A DNA stretch of 64,000 bases from assembly GCA_965644265.1 (NCBI GenBank), contig OZ286464.1, positions 46,376,001 to 46,440,000 of the forward strand. Direction: 5' to 3'. Shown one piece after another: positions 1-14,300 of the stretch. Origin of the DNA: Glycera tridactyla (taxonomy: Eukaryota). The number at the start of each line of letters is the position of its first letter. The first letter of the stretch is position 1. Under the pieces are notes generated by a model. That model made no database searches. It saw only the letters and a list, made by a program, of their open reading frames with translations, and had not been told where the DNA came from. The position numbers and the translations under genes were made by a program.

Positions 1-3000
1 GGCTAGTAATTCAAATATTTTGCTGAATCATCTATCATGGAACTCAATTGATTGAATGTCCATGATGAATTGTATCTCCTATCATTATGGAAATGTGTGT
101 GTAGGGGGGGGGGGGGGGGGAGTTGTTGAAAAATCCAAAAGAAAAGGTTTCAAATATGACTACATGCATGCTGAACAGATACAAGATCTTGCCTTGGATA
201 CATACTTCCGCTAAATTGGATTTGGAAGTTTGAAGAAATTCTGGCTAAGTATGACACTGTACTATCAATCAGACAATCCAGCATCTCCGATTGGATCTCT
301 TGAGTTATGACCATGGATGTCAGGGATTATAGTCATGTCGGCCTGAGCATGAGAAATAATCAATTGAAGATCATCTCCTGGGTCCCTCTGACTGAGCAGG
401 AGAATCAGGTTAGGGCAGAGAATAAGTTAAGTGGATCCTGATCTTCTCTGGAATTGGCATCTCTGGATTCCACTTGACTGAGTGCATGTAGACTGGACTG
501 TCACCCTGAGTGGTGAGTAGTTAGGGGTGGATGTTTATAGGGGTGGGGAGTCAAGTGAGTTCAACTGGGCATTAGATGTGGGTGGCTGATGGGGTGCATT
601 AGAGATGGGGGTAATTGAATATGACATGCTTCACTTACATGAGGGAAGCCATTGTGAGCTCACCAACATGTCATGGTTGACAGGGGGGTGAAATCCAATG
701 AGCCGGGTGTTTATATATATGCAGGGGGTAATAACTCCCACATTCACTCAGTTACCATACTCAGTATCTGACTGGATTTCACTGCAAGCAGAAGCTACCC
801 CTCTACATCATGTTACTAGTGGATATGTACCAAGCTATGCTGTCCTGATCTGGACCATGTATGCAAGCACTCATTTCTGGTGAATATTACTGTCTTCAAG
901 TGCTCTCAGGATGATCATGTGGATATACCGGCATTTCTCCTTTGGATGGATATACATTTACTACTTCATATATGTCTACTCTGTGTAGGATTATATCAGA
1001 TCTACGTGATCATATCACCACAGCCCTGCCGCATCTTCAACTTGTGATTCATACCAATTCAAATTTCTAGAAAACTTCTTATAAGATATATATGCGGGAT
1101 ACATTATAGATATATATGATGTTTCTATATAAGTCCAGTTCATTATACCAATTGACATTCAAAAGATGCTGCTTATCTTTACAAAGATTTGATGAGGAAT
1201 TGTAGATGTGAGTCTTTGCCTTACATGGAGGGAGGGGGACCTGCTCAGGCAGAGGTTCTTGAAATGTCTTCAAATTATCTATTCTCATCATGTATGGTGG
1301 AATGCTAAAGTTATGACAAATCACAGTAAATTCATCGTTCCATCCCAGAATCATGTACAGGCTGGAAATGTGTAAGAGTACAACTCACAGTTTGACTGTA
1401 TGAAGTGGTCGGTTGCAAGATCTCTTAGTGCGTTTTGAACCTCTACAGAGATGTGTTAACCCCAACTGAACATTGCAGGTGGTTTTGATACATTTGTTGC
1501 TGGTCAGGGTATAGGGTTGATATCCTAGTATATATTGTTGCTGCTGGAATTCTTCATACAGTGGTATTCAGGGTTGTCCTGTTGCTTGGGGCTAGTAGAA
1601 TTAGAGGTCACATAACTAGAAAGTGACAACCATGCATCAAAAGTGCTGATTTTTTTTTTTTTGGGGGGGGGGGAGCAGTGAATAAATAGGACTAGGGCAT
1701 TTCGCATTTCTGCCATGTACAGTCGAACCTATTCACAGAGACCTCCCTTGGTTGCATCAAATTGGTCTTTCTATAGCTCTGGGACACTTCACTCATGGAG
1801 CACTTGACCTATATTTGAGAAGAGGTCATCCTGGAAAAAGTATGTAATTTTCTTCAGAGCTTTTCTAGTTCTGGGAAAATATGGAATCTTGAAAAATCCC
1901 CATTTTTGTATGGAAAAAGTATGGAATTTGATTCTGATTGCACTTGCCTGCATTTCCAAAATAGAAAAAAAACTGTTGTAGTTTTAAGGTCATTCCTGGA
2001 TCACTGTGCAGGTGAGTTGCAGATCAGATCACAGAATATTTGTTATAAGGCATCTAGATCTGGCAATGATCCCCAAGATTAGTCACTTATTGATGAGAAT
2101 TTCCAGATCATTTCCTGAGTTCTGGAAATTAGTCACTCAATTCAAAATCCATAAGTTTCTGGAATCAGACTGGAAGTTTCAAAGCTGGTGCTTTTGAAAG
2201 TATATGGGGGGGGGGGGGGTCTCAGGAAATATGGTCAGGTTTCAAGAAATTTTGTTGCAACTGCATTGGCATCATTGTCATTCTATGTGTGAACTCAGAC
2301 TGACATGATTGGTAGTGTGAGTCTGAGGTGGGGGGGGGGGGGGGGGGGGGAGTTATGGTGAACTCGCACTTGGGACAGCTGTATTGTTGAGCTGCTCTTC
2401 ACACCAGTGCTCACAGATTCACACCTTATAGAATTCATAACATGACATTTGTTGACACCTTGCAATAACTCAGGCTCATGACTAGGCTTTGTCTTCAAAC
2501 CTATGACAGGTTAGGACAGGTGTTTCAGTGGCTCAGTTGTCACTAGTGTAATCTTTTCTCAAGCAAGTTTGGCTAAAGCAGCCATTTCTGCTTTAGCCAA
2601 AATGTTGATCTTTTAGTCAAAAGTATTATGAGATGAACTGTTATTAGGTTCATATATCACTCATTTGATACAATTTTTGGTCTTGATACAAGAACCTGCT
2701 AACAGATCTGACTTTCTAACCTGATGAAATTGTTTGGAGTGTTATGAGATGAATTCAACTTGCCATAACCTTGATTTCTGACTGTTATCTCGAGTTGTTA
2801 TCTCTAAATGAGCTGTGTGAGATATATAGTCACTGCATTCATTTGCTTCAGTTTCAATTTCTTTTAGTCAATTTGGCAATTTCTTTCGCCAGATGTAAAC
2901 CTTGACTATCTGGCTAATTGCTAGTGCCAATGCATGATGGGAGAAGAATGGCAAAATTCACAGTGTTGAAGTTGGGCTGATTGATGGCCGCTTAGAAAAA

Positions 3001-6000
3001 GGAGGTCCTTCGATTAGTTTCAACTGGGCTCAGTTCAGTCTGGAAGCTACCTAGGCATAGAGGCTTGTGTCAGTGTTTGATCCTTTGCTGGTTGTATGAT
3101 CCTCAGGAAGCCATGTGTGTGAACTCTGCAGGCATGTCTGACATGGTATATATATGCCCTACTCAGATTGTCTGGCCAGGTTTTTGTAGTTCATCCACCA
3201 TCTTGGTTAGTTGGATTGGATCACAGATCAGAAGTCTTGCGATACTTTCATCAGGTCTGTGGGTGAGCCCCGCAGGGGAGGAAGGGCAAGTAAAACCGAG
3301 CCAGACATCTAGACTACCAGTCTAAAGGGCTTGTGTCTGAAGTGTGTGTGGCTCCGAGCAAGAATGAGCTACAGTATATCCAGACTTCAAAGCTTTCATA
3401 TTGTATCCTGCATCTCTGTGCCCCTGTCAGGGGTGTTTATAAGTGTGCCGAGATAGGGGTGAGCAAGCCTCCTCCAGACTGATCCTGTCTGAGTCCCCCA
3501 AGGAGCGATACGTTTTATCGGAAGCGGAGACAACACTGATGTCTTTGATGAGTGAGTTTGGTTGGTGCTGAGCAAGCACTACATCAAAGGTTGGAGTCTG
3601 CCACCCAGCATCCATGCCTGCATTCACAGTAGGGGGCCGGCAGACAAACATACTCCTGGGCTTCAACATCTGAAGTCTACTAACAGTGGGGGCTGTCTTG
3701 ATCAGAATCAGCAACACTAGATCAATATATCAGAAATATTTTCGATAGTTATGAGAGAAACCCATGATTTTATTGATACAGTCAGTATATCCCAAGGAAT
3801 GGCATTGCCTTAGGTTTTTACACCTAAGAAATTCTGTTACAAATATTGAATTCTAATATCTTCTGACTGCTGTTGTTCATTGCAGTTCGAGTACTTTCGG
3901 AAATATGTTGTGGTAGTTGATGAAATTTTGACAAGATTTGTAGGATTCTTTTTATCAGTCCAGTGGCATCTCTGATTTCAATGAGGTCCAGGCTAAATAA
4001 GTTACACACTAAGGCCTCTGAGGCCCAGTTCACCAATAAGTAGGTTTACCTAAAGAAGATTACCATTACCCACAGTTGATATGTCTTTGGAGAAAAGAAT
4101 AATGGCTACTGAGAACATATGCGACCCACTGATGGCTCTCAAATTTTTCGTGAAATGGGCCGTGGGAGGATGGGTGGGGACAAAGGGATGCTGAGGAATG
4201 TTATGATGAGAGATGTGAAGGCAGCAGCTGCATCATCCCTGGTACATCACCTGCCCATCGCTGGTACATCACCTGCCCTGGGAACAAAAGGCTAGCAGGC
4301 CCATGCTGATTATAGTCAAACAACTGCTGTCCTCCTTGAAAACACTCATATGCAGCAGGAAATGAGGATTTCATCCCATTTGTGGGATAATTAGACCCTC
4401 TTTATACCCTCTTTCTTGGTTTGGATGAGATCACAGCTGGCCAGATCAACACCTGCCCCCCCCCCCCCCCCCTCAACTTTCACTCCTCCCATCGTCTCCT
4501 GCCTTAGATACATCACTTGTATTTGAATATTGACGGTGTTCTGCATATTCATGTGAAGTGGAGAATCAGTTCGACCACCAAACTTTTTTCATGCACTTTT
4601 TGTCCTTCCTGTATGTTGAGTATATTGGGAAGGAAATCTCGGGTTTTTGGGCCTGTCACTCAAAATGGTTGTACTCTATATAGGATTGATAGACGAATAT
4701 ATTGTATAGTTGAACCTGTTCTCAGTAGCCACCCATCAGGAACTCAAAAAGTGGTTGCTCAGGGTAGATGGCTGCTAATGGCATGTGAATTATAGTGAAA
4801 AAATCTTTGACAGGGGAGGTGGCTGCTTGGTACAGTTGCTGCTTCCGACAGGTTAGACTGTATTATGTAGTCAGGTAATAGTGGCTTTAGTCCATGGTGT
4901 TCTATCACTGCCTGGTCACATGTGTGCTAGACATGCATTGGCACATCCACATCTGTGGTGTGATGTACCATTGTCTGAACATACTGTCACAACTTTCAAA
5001 CTGAGTGCACAGCTGTTAGGACCAATGACTATCTCTGGACATAGTCTGATGCAGCTTCTCTATCAGCAGGAAATGTAGAGCTCAAATTTGAATTTTTGAG
5101 AGGATCCATGATTTTCTGCTCATATCTGAGCTTCTGCCTGTGACCTTCATAAAAATTCAGTATATTTGCTCATGGAAATCCTTTTTCACCATGATGGAAA
5201 TGTGTATCTTTTTCCCCCATGTATTTCATTTGCTCAGAATGAATGTCAAAGGGTTGAACGTCAGTTTTCATTCAGTCACATACTTAGATTTGCCATTTCA
5301 TCAGGTTTATGTGAGGTATGTACACGTGTGTCTGCAGCGCGAGAAGAGATAGCCGCCCACTTGCCCGGGGCAGGTAGATTTTGCAGGTTGGCAGGAGGAA
5401 AATGAGCATAAATGACTTGCATGTATAAGCAGAGCAGGTGGATTTTCTGGGGGGGGGGGGGCAGGTGGATTTTCATGATGTCTTCTCGCACTGGTCTGAA
5501 CTGTCAGGTACTTCCAGTTGATAACCTCCTTGGTTCCCCATCATCTTGTGTTCAGGGTTTGTGGGAGTTCAGCCTGCAGGGGCAGTGCATCAATCTTTTA
5601 ATCTTATGCAGAATATGATCATTGAATTAAACATCAAAGGTAGCAATACATACAGTGATCAAGAAACATTTCCTCTCTTCACAGAATAGTTAAAAGAATT
5701 CAGAGGTAGTCAGGCAAATTTCAGAGGATGCATTGATTAAGTAGACAAATGTGGGGCTGAAATTTACAGTGAAATTAGCTCTGGCTACTTCATTAGAGTT
5801 GATTTAAAAATGTGTGGAGACACTCAGGTGTGCTCCTCCCTCTGCATTATCACTGTGTATGCCTTTAGGGCTTGCTTGTCTTTGAAGTCCACTGCCTTCT
5901 GTCCAGATTACACCTAATTATCTTGGAAACACTGACATGCTACTCCGGGCTTATCTCACCTCTACTCTATTAGCCTTTCTCCACCCAGTTGAGCTTTGTT

Positions 6001-6338
6001 TGGTTTTAGGGTTAGAGACACCACCAGGTGCTTTACTGAGGTCACTGATTTCAAGGTCATTTGAGTCTGAAGGTTTGGAATTTCAAACTTAATAAGATTA
6101 GTAGGGTAGGGTATTGTTAGTCCTGGGCTTTGATTTTGGACCCCTAGGATAAGAAGAGGCTCTCAGTTGGTTTCTGAAGTTTTAAGCATCAAGTTCAGGA
6201 GAAAAACCTGACGTGATAGCTTTGAGGAAAAGAACAAAGTACCAACTTGTAGCAGTTCAGATTTACATGGTCCAATTATTCTTTTAATAAGCATGATGGT
6301 TGAAATTTCACTCCAAAGAAGTGGGAAAGATGGTTGAA

Positions 6339-6501
6339 NNNNNNNNNNNNNNNNNNNNNNNNNNNNNNNNNNNNNNNNNNNNNNNNNNNNNNNNNNNNNN
6401 NNNNNNNNNNNNNNNNNNNNNNNNNNNNNNNNNNNNNNNNNNNNNNNNNNNNNNNNNNNNNNNNNNNNNNNNNNNNNNNNNNNNNNNNNNNNNNNNNNNN
6501 N
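6339..6501. other. Assembly gap (N run)
   Basis: Ns. Confidence 1.
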
Positions 6502-7338
6502 CTGCTATCAAGCATGATTATTTATCAGTTTATGTTTTCTGAGTCCTGAATACATAGTTGACACTCATATCCACAAATTATTTTGGATATTTTGCAAGTC
6601 AACCCTCCCCATTGAATTTACATAGGTGTAGCATCTTCAGTTCTAAAATGTTGTGAGACTGAAGTTGAAGTATTTGAGCTAGACTGGCAGATGATAAGAG
6701 CTGAGGGAATGCCAATCTCAGTGTGGGATATGGCATGATAGCATTCTATAATGTTAGTCTCTATGAAGTTGCTGACATGGTTATCTGTGATGTACAGTTG
6801 ATATAAGGATTTGTTGGGATTTGGTATTCTTTAGAAGTGATGATGGTAGGTGTGAAGAGACACCCCAAGCTGTGACTGACAGTTGCTCAGTCCCCCACAC
6901 CTCACCTCCTACAGCTCATCAACACCTACATAAGCTGACACCTGATTGGACAACCCAACTGCACTCAAACTACAAACAAGCATCCTGATTGGCTGGCCTT
7001 GTTTGGCAGCTTGAATATGAGGCTGGTGGTGTGGAGTGACATCTGGTATGCTGAGCAGGGACTGCACCAGTCAGTGTCAACATCTTGTGAGGAGTACCTG
7101 TGTATGTCACCAGGGGATACTGATGTTACATGGAACTAGAGGACATGTAATTGCTCTTCAATGGATATTATGCTCACCTTATTGGATTTATCTACCAGTT
7201 ATTACTAGTGCTCGATCCAAAACAAATTTTATTTAAAGCATCGGCAATCATCACTAGGACTAGTTATCTTGTACTTCACACAGAAATCTTTGGAATATTT
7301 ACTCATGTTTTTAGAGAATCTCTAGATATATATATATA

Positions 7339-7515
7339 CAGTGAAACCTGCTCGAGAGTAAACCTGCGCTAGGCAAAATCCTGTCTTAAGCACATACCCC
7401 ACAATCGGCCCGGTTGTTTTTTTCTCACTATAATCGTCCTGCGCTAAGCAAAATCCTGTCTTGAGTGAAAGAAATATTTGGTCCCGTGACTTATCACTTA
7501 AGACAGGTTTCACTG
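7339..7515. mobile_element. TA-flanked MITE (Tc1/mariner-pogo type TIR CAGTGAAACCTG)
   Basis: TA-CAGTGAAACCTG...CAGGTTTCACTG-TA. Confidence 0.8.
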
Positions 7516-8055
7516 TACATATAATGTGATACTGTTGAAATATATCTATCCATATTTATTATGATAGTGAGGATAATGATAAGAAAGTGATGGTGATAAC
7601 AATAATCATTGGATATATTCGGTAGTAATTCAGATAAACTCTTGATTTGAATATATCAACATCAGCTTTTAAAAGTGATACTCCTTATTTTTATTATCAT
7701 ACAATTTGGATCTTCTGTTGAACAGTTTGATCAACTAGCTTGACTTAGCCAGGGAAATAGCAGTTGATAATAGTAAATGTTTCTTTCATAGTTTTATCTT
7801 ATAATTTTTCTTGTTTTCAGTAGATGAAGGTGACTCATATGACTAGGTGCAGACAGACTTTGATATCGGACATTAATTGAGGATTGTGAAGAACTCTAGC
7901 TTTTATGATGGATATTTCTCATCTCTGATCTGACTCAATATCTCATGATATTGTTCAACCAATTGCCAAGACTGACATTGATTAACTTTGATCTTTGTGA
8001 ATGGACTGAGTATATCTGTGCAACAATGTGCTCAACGGAGCTGTTTAGTCCTTCA

Positions 8056-8397
8056 ATGGTCGGGGCTAGTTTGGATCCCACGGTTTTACAATACGCTGTA
8101 TCAACTCCTGCAAAGCGATGCACGAAACCATTTGTACTGAAATCTGTTACACGTAAAACTCCTTCAAACTTGTTGGCAACACCACAAATGACAAAACAAG
8201 TTTCATACCAAACTCCCCCGAACTCTTGCATCACATCAAGTGGGAACGGAGTCATTGTTGAGACTCCTCCCAAAATTAAGATGTTACGATCACAGATGGC
8301 GACACCGCATCGACCCAAAGAGGAGGTTCAGCTGCGGCCGGCCCGCTCCAAACTTCAGCTTCCTGGTAGAAACATGCTCTGCAATGTGATCAACTAC
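8056..8397 (+). CDS. PMFBP1: Putative first coding exon (MVGASLDPTVLQ...NVINY), S/T/P-rich
   Basis: Open frame with repeated TP motifs, ending at a strong phase-0 GTAAGT donor at 8398. Alternative in-frame ATGs lie upstream from 7945. Confidence 0.5.
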
Positions 8398-11300
8398 GTA
8401 AGTTCATTTTACACATGGGAATTTCATGACAATTCGTCAAATTGTGGAGATACTTTTCTGTGTATTCCAGGTTTCGACTGTCATCAAAGATGACTCAATG
8501 GATGATTGCTCAGATTATGTACCATTCATCTTGATTGAATAGAAAAACTTGGACTTTGTGTATTTCAGTGTTCCTGTGATGACCAATATGCATCTCTGCT
8601 TTCAATGCCGAACTTCTTATACCTTTTTTTGTTATTGTATTATCATACTGCTAAAGTATTTCCCTTTTCTCATAATAATCATCATGAAATTCCATTTCAG
8701 AGGTAATATTGTTCTGGAATGCTCATTACGAGCCTAACTTTCATGAACATTGTGTAGTGGTCTCAGTTGAAGGCAAATAACCTGAGCATGCATATCATCT
8801 TGCCATTGATTGATTTCGCCTGATTGATTGCGGGTTGTGAAAGTACAACTGATTTTCAACTCTCATTTTAACCTCATCTTCAGTGACTGATCTATGAAAG
8901 TTGGATGATCTATCCCTTTTCAGGCATCTCTGTCACATACAGGGCGAGAAGACATGAAAAATGTCCACCTGTCTGGTGAGCGGGTCGATTTGAAATCTAC
9001 CCATCCATCCTTAATTTCAGCCTGCATTATTGTATATTCATTGCATTAATTACCATCTCTCACTGCTCTGCCAGACAGGTCAATTCAAAATCGGCCATCT
9101 CTTTTCAACCTGACAGGATGTACACTGGAGGTATGCAATAGACGAGGGATGTGAAGATGCGTTGTCAAGGGATCAGCCAGCTGCTGCAGCTGACTCTATC
9201 TACATATCTTATCTATCATCATCTCACCATGCATCTCTCTCCATCTGTTTGCACATAGGTGATGCGCTATGAAGACCAGGTCGATAAACTCAAGATGGAG
9301 AATGTGGCCCTGTCCGATTCCGTCCAACACAACGCTGCTGAGATCCTGCGACTGGAAGAGAGAGCACATCACCTTGAACTTGAACTTACCATATCGAAGG
9401 AAAAGCATCTTACTTGCCAGAAAGAGGTGAGCAGTGGCAACAAAATGCTTGATAGATGATAGAATTTTTTGTTGTTGGAACATGGGAAGATCCTGCTGGT
9501 TGGCTTCGCTCCGAAAAAATTATCCGATCTTCGCCAGAGGATGAGGCCTTGATTGAGTATTTGTCATGGTAGAGGCCTTTGACTGTCCAATGAGTTCCGT
9601 TAATAAATCATGTACATATACCGAGATCTCATGAAGGTGATCAACAAATTCAAACAAGACATATGACTGAAATCTGGAGGATTGAAGTCCCTTCAGTAGT
9701 TTGATGCAGCCATACAGTGAGACCTGCTATGAGAGACCCCCTGATGATAGACCACCTCTGATGGAAGCTTTCTTGAATATGACTAATATACCTCGGACAA
9801 GAGACCACCTGTTTTGAGAGGCCGTGTATTGGTGACATTCAGGGTGGTCTCTTATTGCAGGTTTCACTGTATAATTCCTTTCTTGTGTTCATTCGTGAGT
9901 CCTTGTTCATCAATCTGGATAGAACTCTTGGTGAAGTCTCTATATTAGCTCATCATTTTTCATATAAGACCTTTGTCATTTTGAACATTTGGACCATGTT
10001 GAAGTCATCCAGAACTGCTGTGGGATCAGTGAAGAGGTGGTGATGACAGGAACTTACAGTGTGTTATTTGTTGTTGGTCAGGTTGCAAATCGTGATGCCC
10101 TCATATTGAAGTTGAAAACAGAGGTGGATACTGCTCAGCAGCAGTATTTAGGAAGCATCGAAGAGATGGACATCCATGAGGCTGAGGTTCAACGTCTTAA
10201 CAACAAGATACGACAGCTGCAAGGAGAAGTCGCCGATCTGCACGCCCAAATTGAGATTAAAGAGGAACGAGTGAGTGATTGCTAACATTCAGAATTTAGT
10301 TATCACTGTTTCATCACATAACATTTAAAACCCCTATTCAAATTATTTTGGAAGTTGTGTAGTAAAATATAATTCATGATTTGCCTATTATTGGAAGGGA
10401 GACTAGGGTTGGGGCTGTGTAAGGAAGCAAAACCCTCAATGGAAATAAGCCAACTTTCATCATTTGCAGTGAAAGTATAGAAATGTTATTTGTAGAATCA
10501 TTGATTTGTCAACTCATCTTCCATGTTTTATGTGACCTACACTCCAATTATGGAATTAGGGAACTTCTCTGAATGACCACAGTCACATAGCCTTCTCCAT
10601 TAAGAATTTCAGCCAATTAATTTCAAACTTCAGTCATTTCAGTTTTATCTCTCAAATTTGTGCAGCATGTAGAAGTGGTGTGACTTATATTTTCTCATTG
10701 CAGATTGCCAATGAGGAGAAAACGGTACAGAACATTGAGCATGACTACCAGGTGTCACTGCAAGAAAGCAAGAATCAGCAGAAGACAATCGACTCGCAGC
10801 ATTCTGAGATCACAGCGCTGAAGACAACCATCGAGTGTGATAGTGAGGCGTTCAAACGGGAGCTAGAAAGCATGCGGGAAGAGCTGGAAGAGACGCGGAC
10901 ACAGCTGTTGGAGACGCAGGATCAGAACTCGCAGTTCCGTATGCAGCTGGATAACGCCAGTGATGATATCGATAAAGCCCGTCAGATGCATGAACGTGCC
11001 ACTGATGAGGTAAATACTCACACGATTCCTGATTGGTTGATTTTTCAGCTTCTTGTTTCCTTAGCATCTTCACTCTCTGCAAAAAATGTCTATACGCAAC
11101 ACACACATCTCCCAAATCCTGATTTCTTTCGAGAGGTATTTGGTTTGCTGGCCCAACTAGCTGAATGGAATCTATTCGTCATCTGGATGGAAGGCAGATG
11201 TTATCTGTCATTGGATAGATATTTATCAGTGATACTGTGTGTTGTACACTGATGTAGAAATCCTGGTACCTCCAGCTGTGAATGCAGTATTGAGAATTAG

Positions 11301-14300
11301 GCCAATTTCTGCATGTTTATCAAAAAGAACCAAGATCAGTACAATAGGGGCTGAATTAAAAGTAAATATTGCCGATAGTCGGAGCCCAAATTAATGGAGA
11401 TTGAAGAGAGACCACTTCTATTGTTATATAACTTTCTCAAGGCCGCTTTTTCTGTTTAATGTAGTCTAATACAGGGGAACCTCTCTTGAGAGACCCTTCT
11501 TTTGGGAGACCACCCTCTCTTGAGAGACCGCTTTTCATTGGTTCATTTTTATTTGGCATAGTCGAATATACCTCCAATGAGAGACCACTTCTCTTGAGAG
11601 ACTGCTTCTGATTGGTGTTTGGGGCGGTCTCCCAAAGGGGTTTCACTGCATACCTTTGATGAGAGTCAACCCCCTTTGGAAAACCGCATTTTGGTGACAT
11701 TTAGGGTGATATATTATTGCAGATTTCACTGTAATTTGGCTCTCAACATAATATATATTTATTGGGTGATGATCCTTTCTGCTCACTCAGATCAACCTAC
11801 TGAAGGCCGACCTGCAGGATCGCGAGCGAGAGTTGAGCGAGACACAGCAGAAGGTGATCATCTTGGACGGAGAGCTCGAGGCGCAGCAGGAGACAGTCGA
11901 GCGTCTCGAGTCCAGTCTCAATAACTACAAACAGAAGTTCTCCGCCGTCACGGATGATATGTCGCACCTTGAGGTCAAATATTCACAGGTTCAGGAGCAG
12001 CTTGCTGAAACTCGCAGCCGGGTATGTTTTTGACCATCATTGTTTGGGTCATAGTGATATACATTGGTGTCATTATTTAGAAATATCATACCTACATGTA
12101 AAAATCATCCATCAACTTTGGGATATTTGCTACAAAGACCACCTATTAAAAAGACCACATACCATAATTACCACTGCATTACTTTCTCTCAACATCATCT
12201 CTCTCACAACACCCTCTGCCATCTACAAAAGCCGCTTTCCCTTATAACCAGAGGTCATGGGGGCATTTCACACGTTTTATGGAGTATGGACCCTTTTCAA
12301 GGCAATCATGGACCACAATGCCCCCAGAATTAACAAGAGAGTTGCGCCTTTTGACATTGGGTGAGCTCATTTTGGGTACTTTTGTAAGTAAATGCCCCCT
12401 CAAAATGCCCTCTCAAACTTGAGGGGGCAAATGCCCCCAATTTTGAAATTCCTGGATCCTGGGTCTTTATAGACAAGGTAAACTGTATAATCGGACATGT
12501 TCCATTCTCTACGAGTTCTATCTGATCTTCTTTAGGGGGGTTGAGAATCCATGTTCATATGTGGTGGGTGTTTTGAGTCTACAATTTCTTCAAGAGTGTA
12601 TTGTTTCTACCATGCTAATGTGTGTTCTCTCAAATTTTGCAGGAGCATGAGCATGTCGACTTGCTTGCGCGGAAAGACCAGCAGGTGGATGAGTTACAGT
12701 CAGTCCTCGCCGAACGTAAACTACAGCTGTCTCATGCTGAAGATGTCGTCGAACAGCTGACATCAGAATTAGGTCACTCGCAGGATGACCTCAATAAGGC
12801 CACCGATCGTGTCAGTGTCCTCGAGGACACACTTGAAACAGTCAGCAACAAACTGGAAGACACTCAGCAAGAGGTCAGTCTTTTAATTTTGACAGCATTT
12901 TATGTTCTCCGCTGAAATTCATTATACTCCCCTGTACCCTACCTCATCCTCATCTCTCGATTAAGTCAGTCAGGGTCGTAATGTGCAGATAAACTCTCAT
13001 TATTGTCATTTTTATCAGTCATTAATATCACTGGTGATGTTACCGCTGCTGACTCCTCCCTCGGTGATTTGGGAAAAGTTGGACAATTCCCTTAGCTACA
13101 GCACTAGCTCACGATCTTTGCAAAAATTTGAGCAAAAGTTTATTCATTTGTTTGAGCATCTCTGGGGCAAGCTGCTGATATCAGGATAGACACAGTTCTA
13201 GAATTCTGTCTAGTCCAATTTTCATCTAATGATTTTGCACCGAATGACAAATCGGTGTTGGCAGTTCAAGCACTTGACTGAGTTCTGGCATCTTATCATG
13301 ATAAACTGCAATTTTGGTTCTCTGATTAGCATAGCTATATGCATTTTGCATTCAGATGATGGACAGATTATGTGATTTCACCCATTGGCTGAACAATGAT
13401 TCATTCATGTCGCTGAGAAATATTAATGTTTCTTTTTAAAACCACGTTGTAGCTTGAGGTGAACAATCTTTTCACTATCATTCGAGAAGTTACTCTTCGG
13501 GTTCTTCAATTGGAATTTTTGTTCTCTAGTTTTGTTTCTCTGAAGATATCATTGTTTAGTTTTCCTCCTTCAATGCCACGCTCTTCTCATTCATTGTTTG
13601 ATTATTATTTTGGACTTTTGCACCTTAGTAAACAATCTGACTGAAGAGTGCCTGCACACATAGTATAATTGATGACTTTTGTGAGAAATTCATGATGAAA
13701 TATTCTCCGAGCTTGTAGACCCTAACGAGCTGAGCACCCAATGTAATGTCACTTCAGAGTGATACTGTTTAATTTGCTTATTTGTCATTTACAGACACAT
13801 CATTCTGATCAGCTAGCTACTGAAGCTGGTAACCTAATATGATATTTTCTCAGCATGTATTTGATGTATCTGCTTGTCAGCATGTTTTCTATGAGTTATA
13901 CCCCTCCCTCCCTCTTGGTATATTTCTGTATAGGTTCACATATCAGAGGCCCCTGTATGTAGATGCATCAATGATATGAGTTTATCTGATGTGAACCCTG
14001 TGAGAAATAGGATACCCTCAGTCTGCTGTGTTCTAGTGGATATTGTGAATTTCTGTGCCCCAGCACTGGTATATAGCATCCAGTTCTGTCACCCTCATGA
14101 TGGAGTCAACATGGACACTTTCTAAGTTTGAAATGTGTTGATGTACACATGAAATTGCTGCCAAACTGAGGGGATTTGGCAATTTCAATGGTAGTGAAAA
14201 AAGTCGACACTCCCATCTGGTGGTCAATCTCAGTAATATAAAGCGCCCTCTGTCGGTTCAGAATGAAAACAATTCTGAGTTAGTTCTGGTTCCCAGCTCC

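Noticed and set aside
200-3800. Possible ancient LINE endonuclease remnants (e.g. VCRPP on the minus strand near 3640)
   Set aside because: Too degraded; I could not read a consistent series of motifs.
6276-6549. ORFs spanning N-runs (also 41174-41692 and 56380-57162)
   Set aside because: They appear open only because N codons contain no stops.
13795-13828. Candidate extra exon (THHSDQLATEA-G) with good splice sites
   Set aside because: It ends in phase 1 and I found no compensating exon before the phase-0 exon at 15449.
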